Source of the DNA: a virus
Lineage: Duplodnaviria; Heunggongvirae; Uroviricota; Caudoviricetes
Length of the DNA: 64,000 nt
Direction: 5' to 3' (one strand)
Virus record (IMG/VR): IMGVR_UViG_3300006217_000002
Shown here: piece after piece, positions 49,347 to 59,200 of the stretch
Layout of the letters: each line of letters begins with the position of its first letter
How positions within the stretch are numbered: position 1 is the first letter of the stretch
Made by a program: the position numbers and the translations under genes
The notes under the pieces: generated by a model
Database searches by the model: none
Seen by the model: the letters and a program-made list of their open reading frames with translations, nothing else
Told to the model about the DNA's origin: nothing

Positions 49347-49943
49347 ATGGATTCAAAAACATTAAAAAGAATTGATGATTTGATTGAAAAGTCTTTTCAG
49401 TTCTGGTATGATTTAAGAGCAAAATATGGTTTAGGAGAATATTCAATTTCTGTAACATTCTATCCATTCACCTATATAGCAGAACTAAGTGAAGATATGG
49501 CAAATTCATTATGTAAAGGCAATTCAAGATGTAGAACTATTTTATCTGCACATTATGACGAAGATGATAATATTATAAAGAGTATTGACTGTGGAGTATA
49601 TTGGAGTTATGAAGATTTATACAGATTATTGATAGAATGTGAATTGGATTACTATAGAGCGTTCGAATCAGTAAAATTTACTCTTAGACATGAGATGGGT
49701 CATATATTGGATTACAAAAATAGATTTATTGGTAAAAATATTGAAGAATGGATAAATCACAGTTCTGGTTGTGAACAGGCTGAAACATTGATACCTAAAC
49801 TTAGAAAGAATGCCAGCTACATGAAAAGAATGAGATGGTATTTGATGTTCAATTCTCTTCCATGTGAAAGACAAGCTAATGAACTTGTTGGTATTACTGA
49901 ACAAGATATTATCGATGACTTTAAACGAACTCATAGAAAGTAG
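49347..49943 (+). CDS. Putative zincin metallopeptidase
   Basis: LRHEMGH (HExxH) and downstream ERQAN. Confidence 0.7.
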   Translation: MDSKTLKRIDDLIEKSFQFWYDLRAKYGLGEYSISVTFYPFTYIAELSEDMANSLCKGNSRCRTILSAHYDEDDNIIKSIDCGVYWSYEDLYRLLIECELDYYRAFESVKFTLRHEMGHILDYKNRFIGKNIEEWINHSSGCEQAETLIPKLRKNASYMKRMRWYLMFNSLPCERQANELVGITEQDIIDDFKRTHRK

Positions 49944-49951
49944 GTGTAATA

Positions 49952-50449
49952 ATGGAATCTAAATATGCAATAGATATTACTCATGATTCAAGTGATCTTA
50001 TTGTAACAGAGGGTTCTTCTGCAGTAGGTAAAATAGCTATTATAGGACATGGGAAAAGACCAATGGATATGCAGAGTATTTTTGAAGCTATGAATAAAAG
50101 TTTATTTGAAAAATTTATGAAGAACGTTGAATCTATTGAAGAGATGCATCGTGATAACATGAAGATTTTAATGTCTGAAAATACAAAAGATAGAATAATA
50201 GAATATGCAGAAGAAATATCTGCTAATATAGAAGAATACTTGCCATATATACTGACCATTGATGGTATGCGTGATAATGAAGTAGTGTTAGGGATTCAAT
50301 CTGAGAGTCTATTTAATAACTCTTTACCTAATCTCGTACCTGATGATGAGAAAACAGTATACGGTTTGGATGATAATTATCATGTTCACCATTGCGGTAA
50401 ATATACTAAAAAACGTAAATGGAAAAATAAAAAGAAAAGGAGAAAATGA
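49952..50449 (+). CDS. Hypothetical protein
   Basis: 165 aa, basic C-terminal tail. Confidence 0.6.
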   Translation: MESKYAIDITHDSSDLIVTEGSSAVGKIAIIGHGKRPMDMQSIFEAMNKSLFEKFMKNVESIEEMHRDNMKILMSENTKDRIIEYAEEISANIEEYLPYILTIDGMRDNEVVLGIQSESLFNNSLPNLVPDDEKTVYGLDDNYHVHHCGKYTKKRKWKNKKKRRK

Positions 50450-50452
50450 AAA

Positions 50453-50665
50453 ATGGGTATAAATAAAATTATTGATGTCAAAACCATTGAAACTTATTTC
50501 TATGATGTGGAGGTTAAAATTAGAGAATTGCTGCAGGAAAATACCGGTAAGAAAAATTTCAAAATAGAAAATATATTCACGGCTTCTATGCAAGTAAGGA
50601 AAAGAACTGAAGAGCTGTTTCAGAACTCAGTAGAAGAAAAGATAAAAAAAAGGCTATGTTTATAA
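50453..50665 (+). CDS. Hypothetical protein
   Basis: 70 aa, SD AAGGAG. Confidence 0.55.
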   Translation: MGINKIIDVKTIETYFYDVEVKIRELLQENTGKKNFKIENIFTASMQVRKRTEELFQNSVEEKIKKRLCL

Positions 50666-50695
50666 TAGTATATTCATATGAAATATAAACAACAT

Positions 50696-50729
50696 GAAAG
50701 AATGGGAGCATAGCTGCTCCCATTCTTTC
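50696..50729 (+). terminator. Terminator hairpin
   Basis: gaaagaatgggagca/tgctcccattctttc. Confidence 0.8.
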
Positions 50730-50781
50730 TTGACTTCATTATAATATTTAATAATATTTATTGACGAAAGGAGACATAGTT

Positions 50782-51993
50782 ATGGGTAATTTAATTTTTG
50801 ATGAAAAAACTCTATATGATGGAAATATATTCAAGTTTGAAGAAAGATTAAAAACTCATGTAAACAAATATATTGAAAACGGTGCCATATTAACACAATA
50901 TTTTTCACAAGATGAAAATTCTACAACTGTTGATAGGGGTACTAAAAATATAGATGAGTTATTTGGGAATAAATCTCCATTAAGATTCAATATGATAGAT
51001 GATTTCCCTCTATATGGGTTTGGTCAAGCGAATCCAGAAAATAATGATGAAATGCAAATAGAAGATTTTGATATAGAGGGAGATTGTGTAATTCTTCCAT
51101 CTACTATAGTTCCAAAACCAATGGATTTTTTTATTATTAAACACTTAAAGATGTTAGCTATATTTGAAGTAAAAAGTGTATCTTACGACAGTATGAAAGT
51201 TGAAGGGTACTATAAAATTCAATATAGGTTACATTCAACATCTGATGAAACTATTCAGAAACTTAAAAGACAAGTAATAAACAATTATCATACTGATTTG
51301 AATATGGTGGGAACAGATTTCAACCCCATCATAAAAGAAGACGACTTTATTCTTAGAGGAAAAATTGTTCAAATGGTTAACAAAATGATCCAGGCTTATA
51401 GAGCATTATTTTACAATTCTCGTCATAATTGTTTTTTGTTTAATGATCCTAAAACTGGAGACATATGGTTTGATATGTGTGGAAACGAATTCATGTCTAA
51501 ATTTAGTATTATGAATTTCCACAATTCAAATTCAGTAATCGTTTTAAGTAAAAAAGTAGATGAGAGCCGATCTATGATTATGTATAACAATTCAGTTTAT
51601 AATTGGATCGAGTTAGGGGCTCCTGCTAGAATGATTCAAAAATTTTATTTTTTACTTAATAACTCTGATCATTATTTATATTCTTCATTTAATCGATGGG
51701 GAGATGAAGTAATGATAATGCAACCTATATCAATATCCGAAGATGATATGAAACTTCAAAAATATTCATTTTTTGATGATGATCAATTCACTTCATTTTT
51801 GGATCATACAAATGAGCCGTCTTCTGAATATGAAAAGCTAATTTGGAAGTTTATAAATAAAAAAGATTTATCTATACATGATGTATCTCTATACACTGGT
51901 GATGCTCTATTGTCATCAGTTAATCATATAGATATCTTTCTATATACACCAATTATCATTTACATCATAAGGCATATCCTTGATATAAAGTAG
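50782..51993 (+). CDS. Virion structural protein (possible head-completion/neck protein)
   Basis: ATG 50782 after AAAGGAG; STTVDRG...SPLRFNMIDDFPLYG...ILPSTIVPKPMDFF resembles jumbo-phage structural proteins. Confidence 0.5.
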   Translation: MGNLIFDEKTLYDGNIFKFEERLKTHVNKYIENGAILTQYFSQDENSTTVDRGTKNIDELFGNKSPLRFNMIDDFPLYGFGQANPENNDEMQIEDFDIEGDCVILPSTIVPKPMDFFIIKHLKMLAIFEVKSVSYDSMKVEGYYKIQYRLHSTSDETIQKLKRQVINNYHTDLNMVGTDFNPIIKEDDFILRGKIVQMVNKMIQAYRALFYNSRHNCFLFNDPKTGDIWFDMCGNEFMSKFSIMNFHNSNSVIVLSKKVDESRSMIMYNNSVYNWIELGAPARMIQKFYFLLNNSDHYLYSSFNRWGDEVMIMQPISISEDDMKLQKYSFFDDDQFTSFLDHTNEPSSEYEKLIWKFINKKDLSIHDVSLYTGDALLSSVNHIDIFLYTPIIIYIIRHILDIK

Positions 51994-51995
51994 GG

Positions 51996-52007
51996 AACAA
52001 AACTGTA
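51996..52007 (+). promoter_or_regulatory. Putative late promoter AACA-N6-TA
   Basis: AACAAAACTGTA upstream of 52058. Confidence 0.5.
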
Positions 52008-52057
52008 AAATACTGATAAGTATTAAATAAAATAATAGTGTAGAAAGGAGTATTATT

Positions 52058-53587
52058 ATGCATAATCATATCTGTGATTGCACAAGACCACCTGCAGAAC
52101 TTCATACAAATGCATTTATTGATATAAATGGATTTCCGTATTTGGTGGCTGATTATCTCGATAGACGTCAATTCAAACAGATTGACAGATCTATGATTAA
52201 TAGTTCTATCGAAGTTGATCAAAGTGAGTCTATGAGAGCAATTTTCGATATCAATGTAGATGATATTGGAAAAAGGGCTGATGGGTCTCTTGATATTGCT
52301 GGTAATAATACTAAACAAGTTAATCTCGTTGAGATGATCAATCGTAACTTCAGCAGATTACAAAACAGGCTTGATGTTTTGAGAAAAGGTATTGTTATAC
52401 GTATTAATTACCGCGTAGAGAATCATCGTACTGGCCAGACTATTAAGACTATGAATGAAAGTTTTAGAATTCCCATGGGCAACTATTTCTTAGATGTAAA
52501 TCCTAAGAATGTTAATGACAATGGGATCGTAGTCAATTATTCTGGATCAAGTGTATCTTCTATAAACACGTTTACTCATGGAACAGATAAGATGATATTT
52601 AGAATTACTAATATCGAATTATTCTATGAATGTGTTAAAAATGGTCCATGCAGACCTGTAGGAAAAGAGATGTATGTTGGTCATCCAATGAAACTTATGT
52701 ACGATACATTTGGAGACGAATTTTGTATGCATCAATATCAGCAGAATATTGCTGGGCAAAGCGATCCATTTTTCTACGGTAATGAACCTGTAGAGAGTAT
52801 TTGCCCTCCGTCATGGTTAATGTTTAATCATTTTTATCATTTCGATAATAATGGTAAAGACATTATTATTCATAATGATGAGGTGTATGATAGAAATATT
52901 CAGACTCATCTTGTTCCATGCGGAACTGTATTCGTTAACAGAGCAATAGTCATTAATCCATGTCAAAGAATTATTTTCAAATTCTGTGTTTGGAAGAATG
53001 ATACTACGGTAGTAAATGATTCAACTATGATTGCATCTGCTTTAAGGGCATCTGTAAGAGATCCATATTATGATGGACCGTCTCAGATATATCCATCTGA
53101 TGAAATCATTGATTGTAGACCTGGTCATAATCACGGTCATGATCATTACCCTGATATGGAAGCATTAATGAGAATAATTAATAGCGGTAAAGAAATGGAT
53201 TATAATCAGAATGCTGCGATTAATCAGATGAACGAATTACTTGTTGAGCTAAAAAATACTTTAGCTGAACTTAAAGGAGACGGAAATGAAGGAGAAGATG
53301 TACCTACTATTCCAACTCTCCCTGAAGCTCCTACAGATAAACCTTGTAAACCTCCTCATCACCACCACGATCCCATGGAGAAAATTTTCTGTATGATTAA
53401 ATCATTACAGGATCAGATTAATGAGATCAAAGGTGATAAACCTGAAGATCCAGATAATCCTCCATCTGACGATGGATGTAATTGTGGAGACAAATACAAA
53501 CCAATGCAGCCAGAGGATATCAAAGATGTTGTTAATGATGCAATGGATGAGACAGATCCTGATAAAAATGGAGAAGACGGAATATAA
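52058..53587 (+). CDS. Hypothetical, probable virion protein with His/Pro/Cys-rich C-terminal linker
   Basis: 509 aa; C-terminal PMQPEDIKDVVNDAMDETDP motif shared with the downstream paralogs. Confidence 0.6.
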   Translation: MHNHICDCTRPPAELHTNAFIDINGFPYLVADYLDRRQFKQIDRSMINSSIEVDQSESMRAIFDINVDDIGKRADGSLDIAGNNTKQVNLVEMINRNFSRLQNRLDVLRKGIVIRINYRVENHRTGQTIKTMNESFRIPMGNYFLDVNPKNVNDNGIVVNYSGSSVSSINTFTHGTDKMIFRITNIELFYECVKNGPCRPVGKEMYVGHPMKLMYDTFGDEFCMHQYQQNIAGQSDPFFYGNEPVESICPPSWLMFNHFYHFDNNGKDIIIHNDEVYDRNIQTHLVPCGTVFVNRAIVINPCQRIIFKFCVWKNDTTVVNDSTMIASALRASVRDPYYDGPSQIYPSDEIIDCRPGHNHGHDHYPDMEALMRIINSGKEMDYNQNAAINQMNELLVELKNTLAELKGDGNEGEDVPTIPTLPEAPTDKPCKPPHHHHDPMEKIFCMIKSLQDQINEIKGDKPEDPDNPPSDDGCNCGDKYKPMQPEDIKDVVNDAMDETDPDKNGEDGI

Positions 53588-53672
53588 GAATACATTACCT
53601 AATATTAAGTGGAACACCGATTTTATTGTCGGATGATTTAAATAAAAAATATTAATGAAGGAGGAAAATAAT

Positions 53673-54131
53673 ATGGCTGAACAGAATGTTCCTGTTACAG
53701 AGGAAATGATGGTATTAACCAAAGATGGGGTCAAAATTCTTGTAGCTGACATCCTTAGCGCTGTTAATAACCGTATTCAGGGACGTATCGTTGACGAGGT
53801 ATCTGAAACTTCAGATGGCAATCATGTTCCTAGCGCAACTACGGTATATAATGCCGTAAAGAATGTTATCAACATCAAGTATCTTGTTATTACTGATGGA
53901 GATATCAATAAAGCTACGATTACCCCTGAAGAAAAGACTTTGTATGTAGTTCGTAAATCAGCAGATGCAACTGATGGTATTCCTTACATCTATATTCAGG
54001 ATGTTGGCTTTATTGCTGTTTGCGGGGTTAACTCCGTTACTGTTGGTGATGGTAATGTGGTTGCTATGCCGGAAGAGGTTATTAAAGCTGCTGTAGCTGA
54101 AGCTGTAACTAACACGGATCCTGGAATCTGA
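53673..54131 (+). CDS. Small fibre/decoration-like protein, paralog 1
   Basis: ATG 53673 after AAGGAGG; LTKDGVKILVADILSAVNNRIQGRIV...SDGNHVPSATTVY. Confidence 0.7.
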   Translation: MAEQNVPVTEEMMVLTKDGVKILVADILSAVNNRIQGRIVDEVSETSDGNHVPSATTVYNAVKNVINIKYLVITDGDINKATITPEEKTLYVVRKSADATDGIPYIYIQDVGFIAVCGVNSVTVGDGNVVAMPEEVIKAAVAEAVTNTDPGI

Positions 54132-54168
54132 AATTAAAATCATAAAATAATGAAAGGAGAATATAACA

Positions 54169-54780
54169 ATGCCTGAAACTAAGAAAACTTATGAGTTCCT
54201 TGATCGTCAGGGTGTACTTGATCTTGCCGAGCAGATTCTTACTAGTGTTAACAATCGTATTACTGAACGTATTGTTCAGACTATCGATAACACTAGTGAT
54301 GCAGTTCATGTTCCTAGTGCTGCAGCTGTATATTCAGCAATCAGTGCAATCAAGGCTACAAAAATCATTCCTTATACAGGTAATATTAATGATATCACTG
54401 ATCCTGAACTTAATGCAATTTATCTTCAGAGAGATGATGAATCTGATGTTACCTGGACAATGTATGTATATGGTTCCGTAGAGACTACTACACCTCCTGA
54501 GGAAGATGGTGGAGAACCAACTGTAACATTCGTTAATCAGTGGATCTCTATTGGAACAACTGATCTTACACTTGACAACTATTGGTCTAAGTCTGAAACA
54601 GATATTGCTGCTCTCAAGACCGCTCTTGGTATTGATGATATTGCAACTTCTGTAGCTGATAAGGTAGGTGCAGATCAGATGGTTGCATTTACGACAGAAG
54701 ATATTACATCTATCGTAACGCAGGCATATACCAACACTGAGATTCTTAATCCTAGTACAAACGAGGATGAAAATCAGTAA
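54169..54780 (+). CDS. Small fibre/decoration-like protein, paralog 2
   Basis: FLDRQGVLDLAEQILTSVNNRITERIV...SDAVHVPSAAAVY...IYLQRD..TWTMYVY...WISIG...YWSK. Confidence 0.75.
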   Translation: MPETKKTYEFLDRQGVLDLAEQILTSVNNRITERIVQTIDNTSDAVHVPSAAAVYSAISAIKATKIIPYTGNINDITDPELNAIYLQRDDESDVTWTMYVYGSVETTTPPEEDGGEPTVTFVNQWISIGTTDLTLDNYWSKSETDIAALKTALGIDDIATSVADKVGADQMVAFTTEDITSIVTQAYTNTEILNPSTNEDENQ

Positions 54781-54866
54781 TCAACCAGAGAAATAGTTAA
54801 CGGAGGGATTTATACAAATTATCCCTCCGCACAAAATATCAAATAAAGAGAAAAGGAGATTTTAAT

Positions 54867-55454
54867 ATGGCTATCACAAAATATCAGTTTCTTGATGAAG
54901 TAGGTATCCAGAATCTTGCGCAGGAATTGCTTGGTAAGGTGAATGTAAGAATTTCTGAGCGTATCGTTAACGAACTTAATGCTTCCAGTGATGATGATCA
55001 CGTGCTTTCTGCACAGAAGCTGTTCGAGATCCTTGGTGGTGTTGGAGAAGAGTCTATTGCAACTCAGATCGCTGGTCTTAAGACTGATCTTACAACTCTT
55101 GATGGTAAGGTTGACGGTCTTACTCACCTTAGCATTGAGCTTGTAGTTGGTGATCTTAATACAGAAGTTACTGAGCCTAGTACTTCTGTTATGTACTTCC
55201 ATAAGGATAGTGACGATGACAAGACCTGGGATATCTATATCTATCGTGTTGTTAATGATACTCCTACCTGGATCGTAGTTGGTGATACATCTGTTGATCT
55301 GGTTGACTACTGGAAGAAGACAGATACGGAAGCTATGCGCGAAGCTCTTAACATCCATGATGTTGAAGCTCTGCCTGCTGCTACAATTACGGCTAAGGTA
55401 CAGGCTGCTTTCGAAGCAACTAATCCGTTCACTCCTACTGAGCCTGCAGAGTAA
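54867..55454 (+). CDS. Small fibre/decoration-like protein, paralog 3 (highly-expressed codon bias)
   Basis: FLDEVGIQNLAQELLGKVNVRISERIV...SDDDHVLSA...TWDIYIY...WIVVG...DLVDYWKK. Confidence 0.75.
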   Translation: MAITKYQFLDEVGIQNLAQELLGKVNVRISERIVNELNASSDDDHVLSAQKLFEILGGVGEESIATQIAGLKTDLTTLDGKVDGLTHLSIELVVGDLNTEVTEPSTSVMYFHKDSDDDKTWDIYIYRVVNDTPTWIVVGDTSVDLVDYWKKTDTEAMREALNIHDVEALPAATITAKVQAAFEATNPFTPTEPAE

Positions 55455-55478
55455 GATACAAATATTAAAAACATAACA

Positions 55479-55514
55479 TATATGGAAGGGCCCATCTCCG
55501 GGCCCTTCCATATA
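55479..55514. terminator. Bidirectional terminator
   Basis: tatatggaagggccc/gggcccttccatata between convergent paralogs. Confidence 0.8.
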
Positions 55515-55530
55515 ATTTGTATTTATTTTA

Positions 55531-56121
55531 TTATTCTGGCCTATGTTTATTAAATATCACATTTACTCTCCCGTTAATATATGCACTTGTAAGTGGAATA
55601 TATTCCACTTCTTCTGATACTCCAAGATATTCTTTAAGCTCATCTATCTGATCTTTTTTCCAATAGCCAACTAAATCAGGCTCCGTATTTCCTATACACA
55701 CCCAATGAGTTCCATCATATTCATTTTCAGAGTATATATACATTTTCCAAGTTTTAGCAAATACATTATTTCTTTGAAGATATAATGTATGAGTATTTGG
55801 CGACGTTACAGTATTAATTTGACCAGTAACCATTGCGGTTTCTAAATGATCTTTATCACTGTACTTATCAATCTTAAGTTTTATTGAGTCAAAATAACTC
55901 TTTAGAGCATCTAAGCTTTCTTTGGGTGTATCATATCCATTTAATATATTTTTGAGAGTTTTATATACTGCAGCTGCAGTCGGAATATGATATTCATCTG
56001 AATATGAATTTACTTCTGTCACAGTTCTTTCTTTAAAATTGGAATCAGAAACTTCTAATAGTATATTAAACATTTCCTGAGTTCCATAGTCATCAAGAAA
56101 TCTATGCATTTCGTTTGCCAT
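55531..56121 (-). CDS. Small fibre/decoration-like protein, paralog 4 (inverted)
   Basis: FLDDYGTQEM...ERTV...SDEYHIPTAAAVY...LYLQRN..KTWKMYIY...WVCIG...DLVGYWKK. Confidence 0.75.
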   Translation of the reverse strand: MANEMHRFLDDYGTQEMFNILLEVSDSNFKERTVTEVNSYSDEYHIPTAAAVYKTLKNILNGYDTPKESLDALKSYFDSIKLKIDKYSDKDHLETAMVTGQINTVTSPNTHTLYLQRNNVFAKTWKMYIYSENEYDGTHWVCIGNTEPDLVGYWKKDQIDELKEYLGVSEEVEYIPLTSAYINGRVNVIFNKHRPE

Positions 56122-56259
56122 TTTATATTACCTCCTTCAACTTTATATGGTGACATGTCCAGAACATTAAATTCTAGTTGTGAATGTATAATAGTTAAGA
56201 GTACATGATCAAACCCTTCTTTAAAGTTATCATAAATTAAATATGTAAGGAGTGATATT

Positions 56260-59200
56260 ATGGGACATATAGGAAATGAAATTGTTCAATCTCGCATGTA
56301 TCAAGATCCTAATCCACCTGCTCCTCCTAGTAAAAATTATAAGTATACGTTTCCGATAACTGTATACGATGCAGTAAGAAGAAGTATGAATGATGCTGAT
56401 AGTACTACTCTTACTGAAGACATTGATAATATTTATAAGGAGTTGAGATCAAAACAATCGATGATTCCATCGCTTCCTGCTAACTATTTAGTTACCTATG
56501 GAGGCAGGGCTGGTGCTATAGGTTCTATTAAAATAACTGAATCTATTTCATGGGATCCTGAGAAGTGGAGTAATAATCTTATTCCTACAGAGAAAGCTGT
56601 AGGAGATTTATTATTCAGATATGGAATATTAGATAGAGATCCTGATAAGCCTTCAGAAGAATTAAAGAAAATTATCTGGAGTGATATTGTTGGGAGACCT
56701 ACTATCTATGATTGTCTTGGAAATGATAAAGAGGGATTGATTAATCAGGAAGCACTAACAAAAATCATCAAAGAGATTCAATCAGATATATCAAAAAGTA
56801 ATACAAATTGGCTTGAAAAATTCTCTCAAATTTCATTAGACTTAAAAGATCACATTGATAGAACTGATAATCCTCATAATGTAACATTAGAACAATTAGG
56901 AGCTGCTTCTAAGAGCATTCTTGATAATCATCTGAATAATTTTAATAATCCTCATAATGTAACATTAGAACAATTAGGAATACCTAATGTAGATAATACA
57001 TCTGATAAAGATAAACCTATATCAGATGCTACACAAGAAGCTATAGACCGCCTAGCTTCTATGATAGATGGTCTATCTGGTAGTATGGGATTAATGAACT
57101 TCGTAACAAGAATTGAGTATAATCAGCGTACTGGTAGGCTTGATGCTATATATACAGACGGATCAAGACTCGGTGTTACAATCGTAACAGATGGTCTCGT
57201 TGATGAGATTCAATTTGATGAGAAGAAACATATTTTGAAAGTAATCGAGCTGAATGGTAAAGTTACGAAGATTCCACTTGATGTTCTATATAATAAGTAT
57301 ATTGGATCAGAAGGAACTCATATTATTGTAGAAATTGATGAGGATAATGTAGTTAAAGCTACTATCATTCCCAAGAGTATCACATCAGATGAGATAGCAG
57401 ATAAATCTATCAAAACAAATGTAATTGCCAATGAAGCAGTTACAGGGGATAAGATCAAAGATTGTACGATTACTACTATCAAATATGCTAATCATAGTGT
57501 TACATCTGAGAAGATTGCTAAAGGTGGAGTAGAAGAAGTAAATATCAAAGATAGAGCTGTAACTGGAGAGAAGTTATTCACTTCCACTGTTGATAATAGA
57601 GTATTAGCAGTAAGGACAGGAAGCACGAATCCTCAATGGACTCAGATAGTTGGTGAAATGATTGCTAGAGAAGTTATTGGAACTAGACATATCATCGATG
57701 AATCTATAACTGAAGAAAAGTTAAATGAGTACGCTGTGACAGAATCTCGTATTCATGATAATGCAGTTACCACTCGTAAGATTCAAGATCTTGGAGTAAC
57801 TACCGAAAAGATTGCCGATGATGCTGTAACTACCGAAAAGATTGCAGAAGATATTCTTCTAAGAGGTATTCCTAGAATGACTGGAAGACCTGATATCACT
57901 GCAGAAGACAATGAGCTCGTAGATGCAAGATGGGTTAGAGAAATATTAGACAAAAATGCAGTTACAGATAAAAACATTGGTAGAAGAGTTGTTAACGGCA
58001 GACATCTTTTTTCTTCTAAAATAAAAAATAGAGCTCTTATTGTCACAGAGGTTGACGGAGATTCTTATTGGGGTCAGATAAATCATGAAATGATAGAAGA
58101 TGAAGCAGTAGAAACACCTAATATCAAAGATTTAGCTATTACTTCTGAGAAGATTAAAGACTATGCTATTATTTCTAGGCATATTGGTATAGACTCTGTA
58201 AGCACAGTTCATATTCAGAATGGGGCAATTCAGTCTGAAAAGATTTATACATCTGAAGAAGCCAATAGAGTATTAGCTGCTGTAACAGAAAATGGACACC
58301 CGTTATATACTCAAGTGACAAACCCAATGATTGCAAAAGATGCAGTTGGAACAGAGAAGATAGCTGATCAATCTATAACACTATCAAAGTTTGCTAGACG
58401 CGAAGCTGAAGGAAATACTGTATTAGCTTTTCTATTACAAGATCATGATCCTGTATGGACGAAAATTATAACAGAATTAATCGCCAAAGGTGCTGTAACA
58501 AGTTCTAAACTGTATCCAAGTGAAAATCCTAATATGGTATTAGCAGTAAGAGATCCCAATACATCAGCTTACTATATGAAAATAAATGGTGAGATGATGG
58601 AGAATAATATTATTGAAGAACGTCATCTTACTGATGATGCTATTAAAGGAATGCATATAGCTGACAAGTCTATTGAAGCTAGACATATGGGTGATGAATC
58701 AGTAGATAACAATGCTCTTGCAACAGGTTCCGTAGATGGAAGAGCATTATTCAAAACTCATAGAAGTTGGCAAGTACTTGCAGTTAAAGGGAATCCTCAT
58801 GCTGATGCTGAATGGACCCAAGTAACAACTGATATGATAGAAAGATTAGCTATTACTCCTGATAAATTATTTACTTCAAGTTTCGATCATAGGGTATTAG
58901 CAGTTGAAAAGGGTGGAGAAGAACCAAAATACGTGCTGCTTACTGGCGACTATATCAGAGACAGAAGTATCCAATCAGAAAAATTAATTGAAAACATCAA
59001 TCTATATGGTCACCCTACTATCGGAGATCATCCGAGTGATATTTCAGATGATCATACTATAGCTGATACTTTCTGGGTAAATAAGGTAATTAAGGCAGCT
59101 CTAGAAGATTATACACCTACAGGATCAATTTTAAACATTCCTGATCATAGTGTAACTGGTGAGAAATTATTCACCACAGATGAAGCTCCAAGAGTACTTG

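Noticed and set aside
54819-55511. 230-aa antisense ORF over paralog 3
   Set aside because: Same codon-bias shadow; starts inside a terminator hairpin
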